IMG/VR virus record: IMGVR_UViG_3300033148_007488
Location: 64,001 to 79,459 of that record
Origin: a virus
Lineage: Duplodnaviria; Heunggongvirae; Uroviricota; Caudoviricetes
Length of the DNA: 15,459 nt
Strand: one strand, 5' to 3'
How positions within the stretch are numbered: the stretch's first letter is position 1; each line of letters opens with the position of its first letter. Positions 9,112 through 15,288 of this stretch are shown piece by piece. The notes beneath the pieces were generated by a model, which saw only the letters and a program-made list of their open reading frames with translations, made no database searches and had not been told where the DNA came from. The position numbers were made by a program, and so were the translations under genes.

Positions 9112-9486
9112 ATGAGTATTAAGTTTAAGGATACTGGTGACGGGTATTTCACAAAGATTTTTCTTGATGAAGATGGGGGCGAACTGTCAAGAACAGGGTC
9201 ATTTAGTGGCACATGTAAACCAAAAACGATGGGTGCAGGGCTTTCTCTGGAAATGCAAGATTGGATTGGGGCAGGAAACACAGTTGAACCTCAATATACT
9301 GTTGAAGAGTCAGTAGAGAAAGAAGCTATCGAAACAGAGGGGGCAAAAACAACATATATCGGTCTTCGTGTTTCTGAATACCCGCCGATCGGAGAACAGC
9401 TAGATTATATCTATCACAACGGAGTCGATGCATGGAAAACGGATATTATCTTGCAGATAAAAGGCAAATTTCCAAAGCCTTTTTAA
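9112..9486 (+). CDS. Tail-fibre-associated small protein (YPxIGEQLD motif)
   Basis: 124 aa, AAGGA RBS; C-terminal EYPPIGEQLDYIYHNGVDAWKTDIILQIKGKFPKP matches the 'YPxIGDQLDxxYH...W...I..xKxKyPK' motif common next to fibre genes in aquatic phages (from memory). Confidence 0.65.
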   Translation: MSIKFKDTGDGYFTKIFLDEDGGELSRTGSFSGTCKPKTMGAGLSLEMQDWIGAGNTVEPQYTVEESVEKEAIETEGAKTTYIGLRVSEYPPIGEQLDYIYHNGVDAWKTDIILQIKGKFPKPF

Positions 9487-9509
9487 TTTTTCATTTAACT
9501 GAGGCTAAA

Positions 9510-11006
9510 ATGAAGTACTTAAAATTATTATTAATCATTGCAGTACTATTTACCATTTCTTGCACTGAGACAAAAGATACTGATGATTTAACGGCTGAAT
9601 CAGATTCCACGACTGATACTGAATCAGATTCCACGACTGATATTGAATCAGATTCCACGACTGATATTGAATCAGATTCCACGACTGATATTGAATCAGA
9701 TTCCACGACTGATATTGAATCAGATTCCACGACTGATATTGAATCAGATTCCACGACTGATACTGAATTAGAAGCGAATATGTGGGCATTAAACTATAAA
9801 AACCTGACAGGAAAATTTCAAGATGGGCCTTGTCTTGCCGGAGCTATAGTAACAGTAAAACCTCTCAATGATAGTTTGAACCAAGTACTAGGGTATTATA
9901 TCAGCGAAACTGAAAACGATTTTGGCTACTATGATTTACCTGTTGAGCTGACAGAAAATTATGCTGAAGTATTTGCCGATGCCATATGCCATAATGAGAT
10001 CACAGGTGGGATAATGGTTCAAAAAAGGTTAAGCGCAATTATAGACTTAAATGCTGGTGAATCAAACAATATAACACCGCTAACTACTATCAGGACATCG
10101 GTTGCTAGGAATTTATTTGATTCAGGACATGGAACGGCAGGAGATTCATTATTAGAAGCTGAAATTCTGATTCTTGAATATATGGGAATGCCTTCTTTAA
10201 ATACAAGATTTACTGATATGACGCTTGAAGATGGAAATCAAGCTGATTCCGTTCTCTTAGCTGTTAATTCTGCGTTACTTCTTAACCGGACTGAGGCTGA
10301 ACAGATTGATTTCATGCAAAAAATAGCTTCTGATATTAATTCAGGAACAGATATTTACAGATCCGAGTTTTTGCAAAATATTATTGATATTCCACTTTTG
10401 CAGGTCAAGTCAAACCGTGAGGCCAGATATGAAAGTTTAGGACACAACATGAATGTCCCACCATTTTGGGAGGTTACTGGGGCTCCTAATTATTTCTCAG
10501 ACCTTCTTGAGCGTGATCCAGTTGTTCAAAGTTCTTTTAACTTGGATGACACAGGGTCTTGTTCATTTGATCAGCCAACATTCAACGTTTTTGCAATTCC
10601 GTACGTTTTTACTTCAGGGATTGAGTCCAGTAAATATATTGCTTTAAATCTACAAGGTGGTGATATCTCGATCTGGACACGAGACTCAAGCAATGATGTT
10701 CCTGAAACTAAACTTGTTGATATCGAACAACTAAACGAACTGCTTTTGACAAGCCCTGTAACGCTACCTTACAACGGAATGTTACCAGATAACCATGGAT
10801 TAGAATCCGATACAGACTATTATATCGTGATTAGCAGTGATACAGATTTTACATTATCCACATCTTGCGGTACGGTTGAGCCATTCTTTTTACCATTCGG
10901 CAGAAAATTGGCAAAAGATGAGAGTGGGACTAATGCTTGGGAAGGGAACCTGAATAATACGTCATGGTGGAGAAAATCAGGCGTTAAGGTGTTCACTACA
11001 GATTAA
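9510..11006 (+). CDS. Large surface lipoprotein with acidic Ser/Thr repeat linker
   Basis: The ATG at 9510 has a GAGG RBS (9501-9504) and begins MKYLKLLLIIAVLFTISC (signal peptide II, lipobox TISC), giving 498 aa. After the repeat, GKFQDGPCLAGAIVTV...CHNEITG...NNITPLTTI resembles the 'QKGPF...NEVTG...NVNxLT' domain of Fibrobacter/Bacteroidota lipoproteins (from memory). Confidence 0.75.
   Translation: MKYLKLLLIIAVLFTISCTETKDTDDLTAESDSTTDTESDSTTDIESDSTTDIESDSTTDIESDSTTDIESDSTTDIESDSTTDTELEANMWALNYKNLTGKFQDGPCLAGAIVTVKPLNDSLNQVLGYYISETENDFGYYDLPVELTENYAEVFADAICHNEITGGIMVQKRLSAIIDLNAGESNNITPLTTIRTSVARNLFDSGHGTAGDSLLEAEILILEYMGMPSLNTRFTDMTLEDGNQADSVLLAVNSALLLNRTEAEQIDFMQKIASDINSGTDIYRSEFLQNIIDIPLLQVKSNREARYESLGHNMNVPPFWEVTGAPNYFSDLLERDPVVQSSFNLDDTGSCSFDQPTFNVFAIPYVFTSGIESSKYIALNLQGGDISIWTRDSSNDVPETKLVDIEQLNELLLTSPVTLPYNGMLPDNHGLESDTDYYIVISSDTDFTLSTSCGTVEPFFLPFGRKLAKDESGTNAWEGNLNNTSWWRKSGVKVFTTD
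9597..9764 (+). repeat. In-frame tandem repeat, 7 x 24 bp (GAATCAGATTCCACGACTGATAYT), encoding ESDSTTD[T/I]
   Basis: Read directly: units start at 9597, 9621, 9645, 9669, 9693, 9717 and 9741. Units 1 and 7 end ACT, units 2-6 end ATT; no spacers. Confidence 0.98.
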
Positions 11007-11010
11007 AGCA

Positions 11011-11039
11011 CCCAACCTTTTCTTTTTTTATAGGTTGGG
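11011..11039. terminator. Candidate terminator hairpin between convergent lipoprotein and antirepressor genes
   Basis: CCCAACCT (11011-11018) and AGGTTGGG (11032-11039) form an 8-bp perfect stem. The 13-nt loop is long and the flanking U-tracts are poor. Confidence 0.4.
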
Positions 11040-11077
11040 GAATAAATTATTTCAGGGTTATATTTTGGCTTATTTAA

Positions 11078-11737
11078 TTAAAATTGAAGCTGTCCTGCTG
11101 AAAACACGGCACTTATTATTTTGGTTAATCTGGTTTGACCTTTTCCTGTAACCATTATCTTATGAGCTGTTTTTTCTTCTCTCCTTCCATTAAGGTAAGG
11201 AACCTTTTTAACTTCAAATAATCCTTGATCCATCCACTTTTGATAAGGTTTATCGCTGTCCATCAAATATTTTTGGTCATAGAAATATTTAAACAGTCTG
11301 TTCTGTCCTATTTTCACGCCTTTTTTGTTGAGTAATCTGGAAAAATCAGCAACAGAGATTGAGTCTTTGCTTACTTCAATGTGGTTAACAAACTCAATCT
11401 TTGGTTGGGCTTCTTTTAGTTCCAATGCCTGATCTTCTACTTTTCGTTTTAATTCATCAATTTCTTCATTGAGGAATCCCATTGCTTGCTGAACAAGTAA
11501 TGTCTTTTCAAGCTTTGTTTTTGGTAGCTGGACAGAAGTGTCAAGGTGTTTATTTTTATCAAGATCCAGCTTGATCAAAGTTACTTCTTTCTCATCAAGA
11601 AGTGTCTGTTTCCCGTTTTTGATTTTATTAGGGAATAATTTGTTTACGTATCTCGTAATAGTCCTTGAATTAACTCCAAGAGAAAATGCTATTTCAGAAA
11701 CAGACATTAAGTCTTTCATGTTTTTAACTAAATCCAT
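11078..11737 (-). CDS. Phage antirepressor, N-terminal HTH plus C-terminal ANT/KilAC domain
   Basis: HTH-like MSVSEIAFSLGVNSRTITRY; coiled coil; AQPKIEFV...SISVADFSRLL...IGQNRLFKY...PYQKWMDQGLFEVK...VTGKGQ is the ANT/KilAC signature. AAGGA SD (11744-11748) 6 nt before the ATG. Confidence 0.9.
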   Translation of the reverse strand: MDLVKNMKDLMSVSEIAFSLGVNSRTITRYVNKLFPNKIKNGKQTLLDEKEVTLIKLDLDKNKHLDTSVQLPKTKLEKTLLVQQAMGFLNEEIDELKRKVEDQALELKEAQPKIEFVNHIEVSKDSISVADFSRLLNKKGVKIGQNRLFKYFYDQKYLMDSDKPYQKWMDQGLFEVKKVPYLNGRREEKTAHKIMVTGKGQTRLTKIISAVFSAGQLQF

Positions 11738-11759
11738 TTTTAATCCTTTTAAATTGAAA

Positions 11760-11849
11760 AATCCCAGCCATCAAGAGGTTGCAGAGTAAAAAAAACGATG
11801 TTTTTAATACACTCTCAATGGCTGGGATTAATCATCGTTTAACTCTGCA
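11760..11849 (-). promoter_or_regulatory. Structured 5' leader of the antirepressor with two overlapping long helices
   Basis: On the - strand RNA, 11842-11849 pairs with 11780-11787 (8 bp), 11833-11840 with 11793-11800 (8 bp), and 11812-11829 with 11760-11777 (18 bp including two G-U pairs). Confidence 0.65.
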
Positions 11850-11962
11850 TGATCAGATTGCCATGCCAACCCAATAAAAACAAGTTCCATTTTACCAAAC
11901 ACAAAAATAATTGATATATTCAAATCATCTTTTATTTAATCAAATAATCTATGGGGTTTATC

Positions 11963-12616
11963 ATGAAAAAAATATTGTTTTTGTCTCTTTTGATATCTAT
12001 GTTCTCTTTCAATGTTTTTGCCGGGATGGGGGATTCTTATAATAATTTAACCGAAAAATTGAGTGAAATGTCAAGCCCTAAAGGTGGGGAAGTTTGTTTG
12101 GATGATGGAACAGGTGTAGTCAGAAAAACGAACAGGAGAACATGGGAACTTGGATTCAGAGAGAATCTGTTTGACACTCCAAATGGGGGATCTCCTGCAT
12201 TCAGAACAGAGAATTTAGATCTTACTGTATACCATAATATGTCCAATTTTTTTCATGCTTACATTACATATGGACACAGAACAGTAGAAAAAAATAGCTA
12301 TGAAGGCCAAGAGTTTGCGGATGAATGGCAGAATAGACATTTCTATGGGGGATTCGGGATTTATCTTAAACCCAATATTTCAATTTATGGTGGCGTTGGA
12401 AAGATATGGGCTCAAGATACAGATGGGAATGAACCTGAAATTAGAACGGCTGTTGAAAAAGGTCTTGCTTTCGATCTGCCAATATGGGGGAATAAATTAA
12501 GACTTGAATACCGTATCGTAGATGCGCCAATGTCCGGTGAAAACATCTCTATTGAAGAATCCACTGCTGATGCCGGATTTTCTGCGTTATCAATTTCTTT
12601 TGTGGTCGGAATATGA
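11963..12616 (+). CDS. Probable 8-stranded outer-membrane beta-barrel protein
   Basis: The ATG at 11963 (GGGGT at 11953-11957) gives signal peptide MKKILFLSLLISMFSFNVFA. Eight alternating amphipathic segments follow (TWELGFR, LDLTVYH, FHAYITYG, HFYGGFGIYL, ISIYGGVG, VEKGLAFDL, LRLEYRI, LSISFVVGI) with short turns and long polar loops. The last residue is Ile rather than the usual Phe. Confidence 0.65.
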   Translation: MKKILFLSLLISMFSFNVFAGMGDSYNNLTEKLSEMSSPKGGEVCLDDGTGVVRKTNRRTWELGFRENLFDTPNGGSPAFRTENLDLTVYHNMSNFFHAYITYGHRTVEKNSYEGQEFADEWQNRHFYGGFGIYLKPNISIYGGVGKIWAQDTDGNEPEIRTAVEKGLAFDLPIWGNKLRLEYRIVDAPMSGENISIEESTADAGFSALSISFVVGI

Positions 12617-12963
12617 AAACCTTAATTTTGATTGTTGGTATTTTCATTTTTCCTTTAACGGCTAGTGCGCTTTGGGGATATGGAGAAAAAGAAGAAGTTA
12701 AAATTAAAGAGCCTGAAAAACCTTCAATTTGCCATTATTCCATAGATATTGGCAAAGGAGTTTTATTTATTTTTCAAGGTGGATGTGAAGAATTTAAACA
12801 TGTTGGGATCATAGATGTCAGGAAAAACAAGATCATTATTCTTGATGACTCTTTAGAAAAAGAGTTTGATTCTAATTTTACAACTCCTAACGCTAGAGCC
12901 GATTTTACTGAAAAGAAATGGAAAGGTCTGACTCCTGTAAAATATGGGGATATTAAGGATTAG
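12613..12963 (+). CDS. Small exported protein of unknown function
   Basis: ATGA overlap with the barrel gene; signal peptide MKTLILIVGIFIFPLTASA (AxA site); two Cys in the mature part. Confidence 0.65.
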   Translation: MKTLILIVGIFIFPLTASALWGYGEKEEVKIKEPEKPSICHYSIDIGKGVLFIFQGGCEEFKHVGIIDVRKNKIIILDDSLEKEFDSNFTTPNARADFTEKKWKGLTPVKYGDIKD

Positions 12964-13460
12964 ATATTTTTCCAGCTCTTCTTATCCCACGGGAATCGTT
13001 TATCCAAAAGACTGTGAACGATAAGTCCTAAAGAAAATCCTTGAATCAAGATGTAATTTCTGGTCACAAAATCTGAAATAATTAATCCCCATGGTGGCAG
13101 CACGAAAACCACAAAATGCATGATATTTGGCAGAAAGAAGAGAATAACAGCCAACCAATAGGAATGTGTCCAGCCACGGTGGGTTGATATCTTAGCAGCT
13201 AAAAAAGGTACTAGCGGGAACCAGATATATTCAGGAGTTCCAACATAATACCAATAACCAGATGCGATTAAAAGACCAATAGCGTAATATCTTGAAGGGA
13301 CGGATTCTGTATCTGTATCGGGGAAGTTCCCTCCTAAAACAACCCCTATCATAGCCGATAAAATATCACTGAAAGATGCCTGTATTTTAAGTAAATATGT
13401 TAAGATAGGGATGGTTGCTGATACTGCCGTTGCACCTATTAAGTGTCCTTTAAATAGCAT
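12960..13460 (-). CDS. YdjM-family membrane-bound metal-dependent hydrolase
   Basis: Family motifs in order: N-terminal GH, GxxFPDxD (GGNFPDTD), HRGWTHS and HSLLD, within several hydrophobic segments. Confidence 0.85.
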   Translation of the reverse strand: MLFKGHLIGATAVSATIPILTYLLKIQASFSDILSAMIGVVLGGNFPDTDTESVPSRYYAIGLLIASGYWYYVGTPEYIWFPLVPFLAAKISTHRGWTHSYWLAVILFFLPNIMHFVVFVLPPWGLIISDFVTRNYILIQGFSLGLIVHSLLDKRFPWDKKSWKNI

Positions 13461-13482
13461 AATTATTTTATGGTTGATACAT

Positions 13483-13488
13483 ATTATA
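13483..13488 (-). promoter_or_regulatory. Candidate sigma70-type -10 element for the YdjM-family gene
   Basis: Perfect TATAAT on the - strand 22 nt upstream of the ATG. No good -35 at 16-18 nt spacing, and the region is AT-rich. Confidence 0.3.
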
Positions 13489-13578
13489 GTGTCCTAACCT
13501 GTTTTTATAGATACAAATCACAATTTCCCATTTTAATTGTATTATGTCCATTGAACTAAATAGTTTATAAAAACAATA

Positions 13579-13595
13579 AATTTGTTAGACAAATT
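13579..13595. promoter_or_regulatory. Palindromic operator-like site AATTTGT-TAG-ACAAATT
   Basis: 7-bp perfect arms with a 3-nt spacer in the divergent intergenic region; similar to the GntR/FadR-subfamily PdhR box AATTGGT-N3-ACCAATT. Confidence 0.4.
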
Positions 13596-13661
13596 AAATA
13601 ATTACTGATACCTATCATCAAATTCAATAGTATATAAGTAAATTTCCTTATAGTGATTCAA

Positions 13662-14231
13662 ATGAAAATTCTCATTATTGATGATGATAAACATTTTAGA
13701 GTTTTATTAAGAAAAAAAATGATAGAGTTAGGCCATTCAGTTGAAGAGGCTGAAACAGGTGAAGACGGGCTAAAAATGATCCTTTCTGGTAATCATGAAC
13801 TCGCTTATCTCGATTGGCAGCTCCCAGGAATGTCAGGGCTAGATGTTTTAAATGAGCTTAAAACTACTAAGAGAAGAACTTTAATTGTATTGATGACAGC
13901 TTTTTCTAATCTAAAAGTATCTGTTGATGCATTCAAATTAGGTGTGATTGATTTCATCTTGAAACCGTACAGTGAAGAGGAGCTTAAATCCTCTTTAAAA
14001 ATAGCTGAGTCACTGTTTAATACAGAACATTTGAATAATTTAATGATTATCGGCAAAATGTCCAGTGGGGTTGCTCATGATTTTGCGAACATACTTTCAT
14101 CGTTTAATTTTTTCTCATTGATTAAAAAAGAAATTGTAAAAATAGACGAAATTATTAGTGATTTTAGCGGAAAAGAATGTTTGGGGGGGTATTTTAAAAA
14201 GGATTGCAGAAGACTGCGATTCAGGCCATAA
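13662..14231 (+). CDS. Response regulator receiver domain plus truncated DHp (frame 1 product)
   Basis: MKILIIDDD, phospho-acceptor in YLDWQLP, MTAF and ILKPY are all intact. ATG 13662 preferred over GTG 13653 because it starts at the canonical KILIIDD. Confidence 0.8.
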   Translation: MKILIIDDDKHFRVLLRKKMIELGHSVEEAETGEDGLKMILSGNHELAYLDWQLPGMSGLDVLNELKTTKRRTLIVLMTAFSNLKVSVDAFKLGVIDFILKPYSEEELKSSLKIAESLFNTEHLNNLMIIGKMSSGVAHDFANILSSFNFFSLIKKEIVKIDEIISDFSGKECLGGYFKKDCRRLRFRP

Positions 14232-14745
14232 AGGTCTCAATATTGGGATAAATCTTGTTAATGGATTAGTATCTTTTGCATCTGGATCGGTTGATAAAAG
14301 AACCAATGCTGATATCGATAAACTGATAATTACAATAGCTAATATTTTTTCAAGAAAAATCACAAATAATAGAATTTCTTTTATTTTTTCCCCGTCTGGT
14401 GAGGAAAAAATACTTTATTGCAATCATGGTGAGATTCAACAGGTTATGCTTAATTTGATATCTAATTCAATAGATGCGGTTTGCGGGAATAAGTTTAAAA
14501 AAATAACTGTTACAACGAATAAAGACAATGACCATATCATACTAAAAATCAAAGATAATGGATCAGGAATTAAAGATGAGGATATCAATCATATTTTCGA
14601 TGAATTTTTCACAACGAAGAAGAAAGGTCACGGAATAGGTCTTTCAACAACTAAACGTATTATTGAAAAGCATAATGGAGAAATAAAAGTTACTAGCCAA
14701 CCTGATATTGGGACGGAATTTATTATTTATCTTCCAGTGATTTAA
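14158..14745 (+). CDS. HATPase_c portion of the histidine kinase (+1 frame)
   Basis: All ATP-binding boxes present but no H-box in this frame; frame open only from 14146; independent initiation at GTG 14158 is unsupported. Confidence 0.55.
   Translation: MILAEKNVWGGILKRIAEDCDSGHKGLNIGINLVNGLVSFASGSVDKRTNADIDKLIITIANIFSRKITNNRISFIFSPSGEEKILYCNHGEIQQVMLNLISNSIDAVCGNKFKKITVTTNKDNDHIILKIKDNGSGIKDEDINHIFDEFFTTKKKGHGIGLSTTKRIIEKHNGEIKVTSQPDIGTEFIIYLPVI
14183..14189 (+). repeat. G7 homopolymer at the probable frameshift site
   Basis: TTGGGGGGGT at 14181-14190, inside the 14146-14231 interval where both frames are open. Confidence 0.9.
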
Positions 14746-15287
14746 TCCACATATAATTTCCTGTTGTGCTTTCTCCATTTGTTTTGACGTTTGAAAGCAA
14801 TATCCCTGAATATTTTATCTTTAGATTGTAGATAGCCAAATATTCTATTTGCCAGTGATTTTTTGAACCTCAAATCACAGTTTAATATCTTTGGCGGCCC
14901 CCCTAGATATGGAGAAAGTTTATTATCTGTTAAATGTCCCATTTCCACTACATCATATACTTCTCTCAACAAACCAAGCATTGTTTCTATCTCTTTGTCC
15001 GTATCAGCTTTGAAATTTACTGTTGTTCCTTTGATAGGTTCAATCTCAACTTTAGGCGATACCTTGTCATGGCTTAACCGGAGTAATTGCCTTTCGATGT
15101 ATGGCCCCCAATTTAGCTTTGAAGTTTCGATTTCTTCTCTTGTGACTGATATCTTTTTAATCTTATGATAAATATATGCACCATCTGGATATTCAGAAGA
15201 TGCCCCTATCCCATATTCAACCACACCTAATATTTCATATCCTATTGGTTTATGCACTTTAAAATTTGACTCATATGTTAATTCCAT
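14742..15287 (-). CDS. Hypothetical protein
   Basis: 181 aa with a GAGG RBS upstream, starting 1 nt after the stop of the upstream - strand gene; no recognised motif. Confidence 0.7.
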   Translation of the reverse strand: MELTYESNFKVHKPIGYEILGVVEYGIGASSEYPDGAYIYHKIKKISVTREEIETSKLNWGPYIERQLLRLSHDKVSPKVEIEPIKGTTVNFKADTDKEIETMLGLLREVYDVVEMGHLTDNKLSPYLGGPPKILNCDLRFKKSLANRIFGYLQSKDKIFRDIAFKRQNKWRKHNRKLYVD

Positions 15288-15288
15288 T

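Larger units (their letters stand above)
13662..14745 (+). pseudogene. Hybrid receiver-histidine kinase (REC-HisKA-HATPase) interrupted by a +1 frameshift
   Basis: Frame 1 carries REC and the H-box (SSGVAHDFANIL); the +1 frame carries the end of DHp and HATPase boxes N (QVMLNLISNSIDA), G1 (IKDNGSGI), F (IFDEFFTTK) and G2 (GHGIGLS). Removing one G from G7 at 14183-14189 gives a continuous protein of about 360 aa (...KECLGGILKRIAEDCDSG...). Confidence 0.8.

Noticed and set aside
9432-9509. Longer N-terminus of the lipoprotein as given in the ORF track
   Set aside because: It overlaps the upstream gene and would bury the signal peptide; ATG 9510 has an RBS and a canonical lipoprotein signal.
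9597-9764. CRISPR array
   Set aside because: The 24-bp units are head-to-tail with no unique spacers, lie in frame in a coding sequence, and no cas genes are present.
9491-9789. Repetitive - strand ORFs (87 aa and 79 aa)
   Set aside because: They are open only because the 24-bp repeat lacks stops in those frames.
5077-11006. Diversity-generating retroelement or invertible fibre cassette
   Set aside because: No reverse transcriptase or invertase, no second near-copy of a fibre 3' end differing at adenines was noticed, and the intergenic gaps are too short to hold a template repeat. Only this window was examined, by eye.
11722-11864. Mini upstream ORFs in the antirepressor leader (MAI, MQS, MINPSH and a 15-codon frame overlapping the start)
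   Set aside because: None has an SD and such short frames are expected by chance; worth revisiting only if ribosome profiling shows occupancy.
11901-11930. Sigma70 promoter TTGATA-N18-TTTAAT for the barrel gene
   Set aside because: Plausible, but both hexamers are imperfect, spacing is 18 nt and the region is extremely AT-rich, so it is not distinguishable from chance.
13499-13516. LexA box upstream of the YdjM-family gene
   Set aside because: CTGT is present but the matching ACAG at 8-nt spacing is not (ATAC), so the E. coli-type SOS box is not supported.
14185-14205. Programmed -1 ribosomal frameshift at TTTTAAAAAG in the kinase
   Set aside because: Joining the frames needs +1 (or -2), and no in-frame X-XXY-YYZ heptamer is present.
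103-15168. Other short shadow ORFs in the track (e.g. 103-357, 1095-1307, 5297-5500, 5365-5568, 5580-5819, 6119-6418, 6324-6515, 7517-7711, 8856-9122, 9033-9281, 10453-10647, 11538-11789, 12037-12246, 12300-12500, 13805-14056, 14115-14363, 14863-15168)
   Set aside because: Each lies antisense or out of frame within a better-supported gene and has no recognisable motif.
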